Assembly: GCA_049679965.1 (NCBI GenBank)
Contig: JBAUGX010000118.1
Location: forward strand, 8,064-72,063
Origin: Vicinamibacterales bacterium
Lineage (GTDB): Bacteria > Acidobacteriota > Vicinamibacteria > Vicinamibacterales > CAVVIG01
DNA length: 64,000 bases
Direction of reading: 5' to 3'
The position numbers were made by a program, and so were the translations under genes. The notes beneath the pieces were generated by a model, which worked only from the letters and a program-made list of their open reading frames with translations, was not told the DNA's origin and did not search any database. Of the stretch, positions 53,469-62,228 are shown one piece after another. The stretch's first letter is position 1, and each line of letters begins with the position of its first letter.

Positions 53469-55357
53469 AGGACTATTCCACGAGGTTGGCAGTGCTAGGC
53501 TCTCTGCCGGTGAGGTTCTGGCGTGACTCGAATGCGCTGATTGCCTTCCTGAGTCTCGCCGGTATCCTCGTCCACCTCACCCTGCGGTATCTGGTCCCAG
53601 CCGGGTCGTCCGGCCTGGCCACGAATCTGCCTCTGCTCATCGTGCTCGCCGTCGGCGGGTCCCTCCTTGTGGTGCGCCTGGCCTGGCGGGCCATTCGCGG
53701 CCAGTTCGGGGCCGATCACCTCGCCGGGATTTCGATCGTGGCGTCGGTCCTGCTCGAGGAGTACCTCGCGGGCGCGATCGTGGTGCTGATGCTGGCCGGC
53801 GGGGAAACGCTCGAAGGCTACGCCGTCGCCGAGGCGACCTCGGTGCTGCGCGCCCTGGCGAGCCGCGTCCCGACGCTTGCGCATCGCCGGCGCGGGACGG
53901 GCTTCGAAGACGTACCGGTGGCCGACATCGCCGTTGGCGAAGAACTCTCCGTCCTCCCTCATGAAATCTGCCCAGTGGACGGCGAAGTGGTTCAAGGTCA
54001 CGGGACGATGGACGAGTCGTACCTGACTGGCGAGCCGTTCAATATTTCCAAAGGTCCTGGCGCGTCCGTCCTGTCCGGCGCCATCAACGGCGAGGCGGCG
54101 CTCGCGATTCGCGCCACTCGCGCCGCCGCCGACAGCCGCTACGCCCAGATCATGCAGGTCATGCAGGAGGCCGAGCAGCGGCGTCCGAGGCTCCGCCGCA
54201 TCGGTGATCAGCTCGGCGCGTGGTACACACCACTGGCCGTCGGGCTGGGCTTGGGCGCGTGGTGGTGGTCTGGAAACCCTCTACGCTTCCTGAGCGTTGT
54301 CGTCGTGGCGACGCCGTGTCCGTTGCTGATCGCCATCCCCGTTGCCATCATCGGCGCCATTTCCTCGGCCGCGCGGCGGAGCGTGATCATCAAAGACCCG
54401 GCAGCCCTCGAGCAGCTGGCGCGCTGCCACACCATGATTTTCGACAAGACCGGGACGCTGACCTTGGGGCGTCCCAGCCTGAGTGACGAGCTGTATGCGC
54501 CGCCCTTCACCCGCGAGACCGTCCTGCCGGCCGTTGCGGCGATGGAGCAGTACAGCCGTCATCCCCTGGCCGCCGCCATCGCGCAGGTCGCGGCGGACGG
54601 CAAGCATGCGCTGCCGGCCGTCGAATGGATTCGCGAAGAGCCGGGCGTGGGCTTGCACGGCAAGGTGGGCGACCGGTCCATACTGATCACCAATCGGACG
54701 CACGCGGCCAGCCGGTTCGAGTTGCCGCCGAGCCAGCCGACGGGTCTCGAATGCGTGGTCATCATCGATGATCGCTACGCGGCAGTCTATCGATTCCACG
54801 ACGTGCCACGGCCCGACAGCCGAGGGTTCGTCAAGCACCTGGGCCCGAAACACGGGTTTACCCGCGTGCTCGTCGTCTCTGGCGATCGCGAGGCCGAGGT
54901 CAGGAGGCTGGCCGACCTGATGGCGATCACGCACATCTACGCCGAGATGTCGCCAGAGGAGAAGGTCGCGATCGTCCGCGAGGAAACAAGACGCGCGGGA
55001 ACGTTGTTTATTGGAGACGGCATCAACGACGCGCCGGCCTTGATGACGGCCACCGTGGGGATCGCGTTCGGGCTGCACAGCGATGTGACCACTGAGGCCG
55101 CACGTGTGGTCATCATCGACAGCTCGCTGTCGAAGGTCGATGAGCTCATTCACATCAGTCTTCGTCTCCGGCGGGTCGCGTTGCAGAGCGTGGTTGGCGG
55201 CATGGCCCTGAGCGGCGCCGGCATGATGTTCGCGGCCTTTGGCCTGCTGTCGCCGGTTGCCGGGGCGGTGTTTCAGGAGGTGATCGATCTGTTCGCCGTC
55301 CTCAACGCCCTGCGCATGACGCGGCCCGCCCGAGTACGGACCGACTTCGAGCGCTAG
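53465..55357 (+). CDS. heavy-metal P1B-type ATPase with a TPCP transmembrane motif and no N-terminal metal-binding domain
   Basis: [31 protein letters not shown], and the TGEP actuator motif (LTGEPFNI). GTGA overlap with the upstream gene. Confidence 0.9.
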   Translation: MKDYSTRLAVLGSLPVRFWRDSNALIAFLSLAGILVHLTLRYLVPAGSSGLATNLPLLIVLAVGGSLLVVRLAWRAIRGQFGADHLAGISIVASVLLEEYLAGAIVVLMLAGGETLEGYAVAEATSVLRALASRVPTLAHRRRGTGFEDVPVADIAVGEELSVLPHEICPVDGEVVQGHGTMDESYLTGEPFNISKGPGASVLSGAINGEAALAIRATRAAADSRYAQIMQVMQEAEQRRPRLRRIGDQLGAWYTPLAVGLGLGAWWWSGNPLRFLSVVVVATPCPLLIAIPVAIIGAISSAARRSVIIKDPAALEQLARCHTMIFDKTGTLTLGRPSLSDELYAPPFTRETVLPAVAAMEQYSRHPLAAAIAQVAADGKHALPAVEWIREEPGVGLHGKVGDRSILITNRTHAASRFELPPSQPTGLECVVIIDDRYAAVYRFHDVPRPDSRGFVKHLGPKHGFTRVLVVSGDREAEVRRLADLMAITHIYAEMSPEEKVAIVREETRRAGTLFIGDGINDAPALMTATVGIAFGLHSDVTTEAARVVIIDSSLSKVDELIHISLRLRRVALQSVVGGMALSGAGMMFAAFGLLSPVAGAVFQEVIDLFAVLNALRMTRPARVRTDFER

Positions 55358-55425
55358 AGAACCACGCGATGGTTCTGACCGCTGCTCGCAGGGGCCTTTG
55401 TTGCCGGGGGCCGTGTTGGTGAAGA

Positions 55426-56817
55426 ATGAGCCAAGTGAAGATTCTGCTGGCAGTGTTCTGTCTGGTGGCCCTGGTCCTCCGTGTCGGCGTCGCCGTGTAT
55501 TCGCCGAACATTGCGCACCCCGACGAAGTGTTTCAGACACAGGAGCCCGCGCACCGGCTGGCCATGGGCCCCGGAGTGGTCACCTGGGAATGGACGGAAG
55601 GGGTCCGCTCCTGGGTGTTTCCGGTGTTTCTGGCCGGTGTCATGCGAGCGACCGGCTGGATGGGCAGCGGATCCCTGGGGTATGTGCTGGGGATCATCGT
55701 GGTCCTGTCGCTCGTTTCCCTGAGCACGGTCTGGTTTGCCTATGCGTGGGGGAAACGCGCGAGCGGCATCCACGCAGCCCTGATCGGCGCCGGCGCCTGC
55801 GCCATATGGTGGGAGCTCGTCTGGTTCGCGCCAAAGGCCTTGACCGAAGTTGTCGCGGGACACGTTCTCTTGATCGGCCTCTATCTCGGACGCTATGGAG
55901 ACCGATTTCCTGAACGAACCCGGATGTTCCTGGCGGGGCTTTTGTGCGGTCTCGCCGTGTCCTTGCGGATTCATCTGGCGCCGGCCGTCGCGTTCGCCGT
56001 CCTTTACTTCGGCTATCCAGGCTGGCGCAAACGACTCCCCGCGCTTGCCGTGGGGCTGCTTCTGCCTGTCGCGGCTTTTGGCGTCGTGGACGCGGTCACG
56101 TGGTCGTACCCGTTTCAATCGTTCATTCGCTATGCGTGGATCAACGTTGTGGAGGGACGAAGTCTGGAGTTCGGCACCGAGCCGTGGTATTGGTACGGCG
56201 CGATCCTGCTGGCAACCTTCGGCCCGCTCCTGTTGCTGGCTCTCGTCGGGTCTCGCCGGAGCCCATTCCTGGGCTGGGTCGCGTTGATTACCGTGGTCGC
56301 TCACTCCCTGCTTGCCCACAAGGAGATTCGCTTCCTGTATCCCATCGTGCCGATCGGGATCACGCTCGCCGCCCTCGGCCTTTCCGACATCGCGAACACC
56401 GTCAACGCGCGATTCCAGTCCCAGTGGTCTTCCATGACCATCGTGGCCGCCAGTCTGGCGTTTTGCGCGATGACGTCGGCCGCGCTCGCCTGGGCATTTC
56501 CTGTCTGGCACACATCGTCGGGCGGGCTGGCTGCCCTGGACCAGCTCAGCCAGGACTCGACCGTCTGCGGAGTCGGACTCTACTCAGTGGCCTGGCACAA
56601 CACCGGTGGCTATACGCACCTGCATCGGGATGTGCCATTGATTGAGATTCCAGAGAACGCCGATCCGGAGCGGGAAGCACGCTCGTTCAACGCCTTGCTG
56701 GCGAGGGCAGGATCTCGCGTCGGTTCGACCGGGGCGTTCACATTGGTTGAATGCTGGAACGACCTGTGCCTGTATCGCCGAGCCGGTCCCTGCGAGGCTC
56801 CGGGCGTGACGAAGTGA
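55426..56817 (+). CDS. GT22-family (Alg9/PIG-B-like) membrane mannosyltransferase
   Basis: The N-terminal signature is HPDEVFQTQEPAHRLAMG, followed by about 11 TM segments. Confidence 0.7.
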   Translation: MSQVKILLAVFCLVALVLRVGVAVYSPNIAHPDEVFQTQEPAHRLAMGPGVVTWEWTEGVRSWVFPVFLAGVMRATGWMGSGSLGYVLGIIVVLSLVSLSTVWFAYAWGKRASGIHAALIGAGACAIWWELVWFAPKALTEVVAGHVLLIGLYLGRYGDRFPERTRMFLAGLLCGLAVSLRIHLAPAVAFAVLYFGYPGWRKRLPALAVGLLLPVAAFGVVDAVTWSYPFQSFIRYAWINVVEGRSLEFGTEPWYWYGAILLATFGPLLLLALVGSRRSPFLGWVALITVVAHSLLAHKEIRFLYPIVPIGITLAALGLSDIANTVNARFQSQWSSMTIVAASLAFCAMTSAALAWAFPVWHTSSGGLAALDQLSQDSTVCGVGLYSVAWHNTGGYTHLHRDVPLIEIPENADPEREARSFNALLARAGSRVGSTGAFTLVECWNDLCLYRRAGPCEAPGVTK

Positions 56818-56839
56818 AACGCCGTGGGTGGGTCGTGAC

Positions 56840-57787
56840 CTAGAGAAACGTCGTCGACGCGAGCCCGCGAAGGCCCGCCTTGAGCGCCGATGGACCGCGC
56901 GGACGGAACCGGCTCGGAAGGGCTACGACCGGCACGAGCCCCTGGCAGAGCACCTGATACGTGATCGACCCGGGACGCGGGCCGAACACGCCGCGCGCGC
57001 CTCGCAGGACGAGCACGATCAGTCCAATGCGCAGACGGACCGCCTCGGCCGAGATCGAATTCGCGGGGTCGCCGACGAGCACGCAGTGTTCGGCGTGGAC
57101 CCGAGGGCCAAGCCTCGCCATGAGGTGTTCGAGCTGTCTACGCGCTTTGGCCACGCGACGGCCTTCAGAGTCGCTGGGACGCACCCGGAACCAGGACGGC
57201 GCCTGCAGGTCCGGCAGGACGTGGACCAGTAGCAAGGCCGCCCCGAAACCACGTGCAAATTCTGAGGCGGCGCGTGCGTCCGACCTCGCATGAGCGCCGA
57301 GCTCGATTCCCGCGAGAAACCGGTGCCCGGGCCAGGAGGACGGCGGCGTTCTCGCGGCGCCGCCCGGCACGGCCAGAACGGGTACCGTGGCACGCCTCAG
57401 CACCTCACGTGTCGTCGATCCGAAAAAGAGCCGCTTCGGGCCGCGGAGGCCGTGCGTGCCCATCACCACCATGTCGGCGCGACGGCGTTTGGCAACCTTC
57501 TCGATCTCGCGTGCCGGTACACCGAGCGACACCACGTAATCGACAGACCGGGCACGTGTTCCTCCGATCGCGTGGTTGACGAAGCGACGCAGTTCTCTCG
57601 TCGAGGTTCTCGCGAGCGCGCTGCGGTCGTAACCGATGGCGGCGGATGCGAGCAACAGGTCCTCCACGAACAGCACCGTGAGCCGTCCCTGGAACTGTCC
57701 GGCCAGTGCGGCGGCGTACCTGAGCGCCCGACGCGAGGACTCCGAGAAGTCAACCGGGCACAACACCCGCAAAACATGGCGCTTCAT
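56840..57787 (-). CDS. tandem universal stress protein (2 x UspA domain)
   Basis: From the ATG at 57787 the first domain reads VLCPVDFSESS ... MVVMGTHGLRGPKRLFFGSTTREVLRRATVPVLAV. A second Usp-like half follows. ATGA overlap with the acd stop. The rest of the 544-aa track ORF is out-of-frame overlap with acd. Confidence 0.8.
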   Translation of the reverse strand: MKRHVLRVLCPVDFSESSRRALRYAAALAGQFQGRLTVLFVEDLLLASAAIGYDRSALARTSTRELRRFVNHAIGGTRARSVDYVVSLGVPAREIEKVAKRRRADMVVMGTHGLRGPKRLFFGSTTREVLRRATVPVLAVPGGAARTPPSSWPGHRFLAGIELGAHARSDARAASEFARGFGAALLLVHVLPDLQAPSWFRVRPSDSEGRRVAKARRQLEHLMARLGPRVHAEHCVLVGDPANSISAEAVRLRIGLIVLVLRGARGVFGPRPGSITYQVLCQGLVPVVALPSRFRPRGPSALKAGLRGLASTTFL

Positions 57788-59973
57788 GGATGGCCTACTT
57801 TGATTCGTGCGTCGAGAATGCGGCACCCGCGGCCAGGAGGCATCGCGACGACAGGGTTGAAGTCGAGCTCCAGAATCTCCGGCACGTCCTCGGCCAGCCG
57901 CGAAAGGCGCAGCAGCACATCCGCCAGCGCGCCGAGGTCGGCCGCCGGGTGGCCGCGGTATCCCTGCAGCAGCCGGAAGCCCTTGATCTCGTGGAGCAGT
58001 TCGTCGACGTCGCGATCCGTGAGCGGCGCCACGCGGAAGCGCACGTCTCCGAGGATCTCGACATGGATGCCGCCGAGACCGAAGGCAATGAGCGGTCCGA
58101 ACGCCCGATCGTGGACGACGCCCATCATCGTTTCGACGCCTCCGGCGATCATCGGCTGGATCAGCACGCCCTCGAACGGATCGTCGGGCGCCATGCGTCG
58201 AGCAACCGCGGCGATGTCGGCATGGGCGGCGCGAACCTCCGCGGCGCCCGTCAGGTTCAGTCGAACGGCGCCGACATCGGTCTTGTGCTGGATGCGCCGT
58301 GAGAGGAGTTTGGCTGCGACCGGGAACCCGATGGTCGCCGCGAGGGCGGCCGCCTCGTCTGGGCTCCTGGCGATGCTGCCGGCCGCCAGCGGGAGGCCGA
58401 ACGCCGTCGCCACGCGTCGCATTTCCGCATCGGTCAACCAGCCCTCGCCCCGCGCCTCGATCGCGGCCCGGCACACCCCGCGAGCGTCACTGGCGCGGAC
58501 GTCAGCGAATTGTGGAATCGAGCCGGAGGGCTCCGCGCGCCAGGAGCTGTACGCGGCCACTTTGCCGAGCGCTCGCACCGCGTTCTCGGGGAAGGCGAAG
58601 GCCGGCACCACCTCTCCGTTCACGTTGAGCGAGGCGGGATGTCCCGGCTGGGCCATGATGCAGGCCAGCACGGGCTTGCCGGTGGCGCCCGCTCGCCGGC
58701 CGGCCGCGATCCCGTCGCGGATGGCCTGAAGAATCTCGTCGCAGCGAATCCGATCGATAGAGGTGAACAGGATGATGAGGGCATCCGTCTCCTCAGCCGC
58801 CAGCGCGCCCTCGATCGTGTCTCGAAACTCCTTCGGGCCTGCCGATGCCACCATGTCGATCGGGTTCGAGGCGCTCGCCATCGGTGGCAGGCAGGCCGCC
58901 AGGCGCGCGCGCGTCTTCTCGGAGAACTCCGCAACGGTCAGGCCGGCCGCGTCACATGCGTCCGCGGCCAGAATCCCCGGTCCTCCGGCGTTGGTCACAA
59001 TCGTCACCCGGCGGCCGCGGGGCAGGGGCTGATCGTTGAGGCACGCGGCGATGTCGAACATCTCATCGATCGTATCCGCCCGGATGACGCCCGTCTGCCG
59101 GAACAGCGCGTCGACCGCCACGTCATTGGCGGCGAGCGCGGCGGTGTGGCTGCCGGCCGCGCGCGATCCGGCCCGCGTCCGACCGGCCTTGACCACGACG
59201 ATCGGCTTGCTGCGGCCGATGCGCCGGGCCAGGCTCGCAAAACGCCGAGGGTTGCCGAACGATTCGAGGTACAGCAGGATCACGCGTGTCGACGCGTCCG
59301 CCTCCCAGTACTCCAGCAGATCGTTGCCCGAGATGTCGGCCTTGTTGCCCACGCTGACGAAGGTCGACAGTCCCAGCTGCCGTTCGACGGCCAGCTCGAG
59401 GATGGCCAGACCGAGCGCCCCGCTCTGCGACGAGAGTGCGATGGACCCACTCAGCGGGAAGATCTGCGAGAACGACGCGTTGAGGCGCACCAACGGGTCC
59501 GCGTTCAGCAGACCCATGCAGTTGGGGCCGACCATGCGCATGCCGTACCCGCGAACCTTTTCAAGCAGGTGTGTCTGCAGCGCGCGGCCCTCGCTGCCGA
59601 GTTCGGCGAAGCCGGCCGTGATGACGACCACCGCTTTGACGCCGGCCGCCGCGCAGTCGTCCACCGCGCCTCCGACCGCCGCCGGCGGAACGGCGATGAC
59701 GGCGAGATCGACGCCCGGGGGCGCGTCTCGAACGGACGCGAAGGCGCGCAGGCCGGCGATCTCGGTGGCGCGCGGGTTGATGGGATAGATCGGACCGGTG
59801 AACCCGGCCGACATCAACTGATCGAGAATCCGCCGCCCGATGTTCGGACGGCCCTGCGAGACACCGACGACTGCGACAGCCCTGGGGCGGAAGAGCGGGT
59901 GAAGCGACACGGCGGTCAACTCCGGCGGCGGTGCCGCAACCGCAGGCACGTCACGCCTTGGCGGTTGCCACAA
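57784..59973 (-). CDS. ADP-forming acetyl-CoA synthetase / NDP-forming acyl-CoA synthetase (fused alpha-beta)
   Basis: CoA-binding region (AVAVVGVS ... IYPINP), MVGPNCMG, the phospho-His loop GSHTAALA, and a C-terminal ATP-grasp domain. A GTG at 59910 with a GGAG RBS would remove the 23-nt overlap with usp. Confidence 0.85.
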   Translation of the reverse strand: MWQPPRRDVPAVAAPPPELTAVSLHPLFRPRAVAVVGVSQGRPNIGRRILDQLMSAGFTGPIYPINPRATEIAGLRAFASVRDAPPGVDLAVIAVPPAAVGGAVDDCAAAGVKAVVVITAGFAELGSEGRALQTHLLEKVRGYGMRMVGPNCMGLLNADPLVRLNASFSQIFPLSGSIALSSQSGALGLAILELAVERQLGLSTFVSVGNKADISGNDLLEYWEADASTRVILLYLESFGNPRRFASLARRIGRSKPIVVVKAGRTRAGSRAAGSHTAALAANDVAVDALFRQTGVIRADTIDEMFDIAACLNDQPLPRGRRVTIVTNAGGPGILAADACDAAGLTVAEFSEKTRARLAACLPPMASASNPIDMVASAGPKEFRDTIEGALAAEETDALIILFTSIDRIRCDEILQAIRDGIAAGRRAGATGKPVLACIMAQPGHPASLNVNGEVVPAFAFPENAVRALGKVAAYSSWRAEPSGSIPQFADVRASDARGVCRAAIEARGEGWLTDAEMRRVATAFGLPLAAGSIARSPDEAAALAATIGFPVAAKLLSRRIQHKTDVGAVRLNLTGAAEVRAAHADIAAVARRMAPDDPFEGVLIQPMIAGGVETMMGVVHDRAFGPLIAFGLGGIHVEILGDVRFRVAPLTDRDVDELLHEIKGFRLLQGYRGHPAADLGALADVLLRLSRLAEDVPEILELDFNPVVAMPPGRGCRILDARIKVGHP

Positions 59974-60454
59974 GCGCGTCTGGCAGGACGAACTCGTGCT
60001 CGGGATGATGCACGGTCAGCACCGGACACGGTGCCGTGCGGACGACGCGCTCGGCGACGCTCCCCATGAACAAGCGGGCGAGCCCGGCTCGCCCATGCGT
60101 GCCGATTACCACCAGATCGACGTTGTTGTTCTTCGCGTACTCCACAATCGACTGGGCCGGCCCGATCGACGTCAGCACGTCGCTCTTCGTGCGGATCGGC
60201 GGCCGGTCGTTGTCGATCAGCCGTTCGTCGAGTTGCTTTCGCGCGGCGTCTTCGATGTCGCGCTGCAGATCGGGCAGAAGCATGACGTAGCTCTCCCCGC
60301 CAAGACCGGCATTCCGCATCATCACGTTCTCGGCGACGTGGACCACGTGCAGCGTGGCGCCGAAGGTGCGGGCGAGTGTGCGACCGTACGCCAGCGCAGC
60401 GTCCGCGGCTTCACCGAAATCGGTGGCCACGAGGATGTTGTTCATCTGAATCAT
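59951..60454 (-). CDS. universal stress protein UspA
   Basis: From the ATG at 60454 (GGAGGG RBS): ILVATDFGEAADAAL ... DLVVIGTHGRAGLARLFMGSVAERVVRTAPCPVLTV. Confidence 0.85.
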   Translation of the reverse strand: MIQMNNILVATDFGEAADAALAYGRTLARTFGATLHVVHVAENVMMRNAGLGGESYVMLLPDLQRDIEDAARKQLDERLIDNDRPPIRTKSDVLTSIGPAQSIVEYAKNNNVDLVVIGTHGRAGLARLFMGSVAERVVRTAPCPVLTVHHPEHEFVLPDALVATAKA

Positions 60455-60487
60455 GATGCCCTCCTGGAAGCCATGCCCGCGGAAACA

Positions 60488-60502
60488 GCATGCTCTGTGC
60501 CA
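60488..60502 (-). promoter_or_regulatory. candidate sigma54 promoter TGGCAC-N5-ATGC for the usp-acd-usp operon
   Basis: The reverse complement reads TGGCACAGAGCATGC, about 34 nt upstream of the ATG at 60454. A GCTCCA-GCGCT-TGGAGC palindrome (60575-60591) is centred about 82 bp upstream. Confidence 0.55.
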
Positions 60503-60600
60503 CAGTGGATTTTTACCCGATTGCGTGAAATTCCCCAAACTGTTCGGATTCCCGCCGCCTGCGGTAAGCTCACTGCTCCAGCGCTTGGAGCTCTCCCCAC

Positions 60601-61677
60601 GTGTCAGACGCTTCGCACCACACGCCTGAAGGTCACTCGGCTCGCATTCTGGCGGCCATCGTGGAATCCGCCGTCGATGGCATCGTTCTCATCGATGCTC
60701 ACGGCCGGATTGAAGCGTTCAATCCCTCAGCTGAGCGGCTGTTCGGGTATGCGGCCGCAGAAGTGATGGGTCGGAACGTCAGCATGCTGATGCCGTCCCC
60801 GTTCCGCGAGGAACACGACAGGTACATGGAGCGTTACCTGACGACCGGCGTGAAGAAGATCATCGGCATCGGCCGCTCGGTGTCCGGCCGCCGCAAGGAC
60901 GGCACGACCTTTCCCATCCATTTGTCGGTTGGCGAAATGACCATTGGCGGCGAGCGCAAGTTCTCCGGGATCATTCACGACTTGACGTCCCGCGTGCAGC
61001 TGGAAGGGCAGCTTCGCGAGCAGGCGGCACTTGTCACTCTCGGAGAAATGGCGGCCGTTCTCGCCCACGAGGTCAAGAACCCCCTGGCCGCCATTCGGGG
61101 GGCGATTCAGGTAATCGCCGGACGCCTGCCGTCGGAGAGTCGAGATGCGAGCGTGATGACGGAAGTCATCCGGCGCATCGATGGATTGAACGACCTGATG
61201 AAGGACCTGCTCCTGTTCGCACGGCCGCCTCAGCCCAGACCGGTGCCGATCGACGTCGTATCCTTGCTCAAGACAACCGCCGAATTGCTCAACAAGGACG
61301 CCGAGTTCAAGGAATTGGGCGTGGGGATTTCTGGTGCTGTCCCGCCCGTCCTGGCCGACGCCAGTCTGTTGGGCGTCGTGTTCGAGAATCTTCTGCTGAA
61401 CAGCGCCCAGGCGATGCGAGGCAAGGGCGTGATCGGGGTTTCGGTTGCCTCGAGTGGAAATCACTGCGAAATCGTCATCACAGACTCTGGTCCGGGGATT
61501 CCTCCAGAGGTAAGGGAGAAGATTTTCGCGCCGTTCTTCACCACGAAGTCAAAAGGCACCGGTCTCGGCCTGCCGACGACAAAGCGATTCGTTGAGGCGC
61601 ACGGCGGGACCATCGCGGTCGACTGTCCGGTTGGCGGCGGAACCACGATTACGGTCAGGCTCCCGCTCCGAACCTAA
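60601..61677 (+). CDS. FixL-like heme-PAS sensor histidine kinase (soluble)
   Basis: The PAS segment NVSMLMPSPFREEHDRYMERYLTTGVKKIIGIGRSVSGRRKDGTTFPIHLSVGEM closely parallels, from memory, the FixL heme pocket, including the proximal His and the GIGR Arg. H-box LAHEVKNPL. ATPase motifs DSGPGIP and GTGLGL. Confidence 0.8.
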   Translation: MSDASHHTPEGHSARILAAIVESAVDGIVLIDAHGRIEAFNPSAERLFGYAAAEVMGRNVSMLMPSPFREEHDRYMERYLTTGVKKIIGIGRSVSGRRKDGTTFPIHLSVGEMTIGGERKFSGIIHDLTSRVQLEGQLREQAALVTLGEMAAVLAHEVKNPLAAIRGAIQVIAGRLPSESRDASVMTEVIRRIDGLNDLMKDLLLFARPPQPRPVPIDVVSLLKTTAELLNKDAEFKELGVGISGAVPPVLADASLLGVVFENLLLNSAQAMRGKGVIGVSVASSGNHCEIVITDSGPGIPPEVREKIFAPFFTTKSKGTGLGLPTTKRFVEAHGGTIAVDCPVGGGTTITVRLPLRT

Positions 61678-61805
61678 ACAGCACCTGAGCTTGGCGCGAC
61701 TCTTGAAACGCCGCGAGCACGTGCGTGGAGACCTCGTTGATCGCCAATTCGCCAGTTGAAAGAACCGGAGGAGCCGAGCCGGAAGGCGCGCCGAATAATT
61801 CCCAT

Positions 61806-62198
61806 ATGGCGAAAAAACCCCCGTCCCTGCGGGTGCTCGTCGTTGACGACGAGCCGCTGATTCGCTGGTCCCTGTCCGAGACACTCTCGGGCTCCGGTCA
61901 TTTCGTCATCGAAGCATCCGATGGTGAAGCAGCCGTGCGCGTCCTTTCCGACGGCCAAGAACCCGTGGACGTCGTCGTGCTCGACTATCGTCTGCCGGAT
62001 TCGAACGACCTGACCTTGCTGGCGACGCTTCGGCGGCTGGCGCCCCTGGCACAGGTCATCATGATGACCGCCTTCGGCACAGCGGACGTCGTCAGCGGGG
62101 CGCTCAGTCTGGGCGCCTATCGCGTCGTGCCAAAGCCGTTTGAAATGCACGACATGGCCGCGCTCGTCCTCCAAGCCCACGCCGCCCGCCCGCACTAG
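61806..62198 (+). CDS. single-domain response regulator (CheY-like)
   Basis: VLVVDDEPLIRWSL ... VVVLDYRLPDSN ... MMTAF ... VVPKPF has all the canonical residues. It is a close paralogue of the receiver domain of the next gene. I prefer the ATG at 61806. Confidence 0.85.
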   Translation: MAKKPPSLRVLVVDDEPLIRWSLSETLSGSGHFVIEASDGEAAVRVLSDGQEPVDVVVLDYRLPDSNDLTLLATLRRLAPLAQVIMMTAFGTADVVSGALSLGAYRVVPKPFEMHDMAALVLQAHAARPH

Positions 62199-62228
62199 AC
62201 TTCAGATTTCCTGCATATACTAGCGTTC

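Noticed and set aside
55388-55403. GGGGCC-N..-TTGC with GG-N10-GC spacing before the GT22 gene
   Set aside because: Only the GG and GC dinucleotides fit, and the -24 box otherwise does not resemble TGGCAC. It cannot be told apart from background in GC-rich DNA.
56840-58474. 544-aa track ORF on the minus strand
   Set aside because: Only the C-terminal 315 aa (from the ATG at 57787) look like a protein (tandem Usp). The N-terminal part is Arg/Gly/Pro-rich and lies out of frame over the well-supported acd gene.
60520-60535. GTGAAATTCCCC, vaguely similar to the ATAGTCCCC half-site of the shared palindrome
   Set aside because: It lacks the AG of ATAGTCC and has no partner half-site at the 13-6-13 spacing. 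The similarity is too weak to count as a fourth copy.
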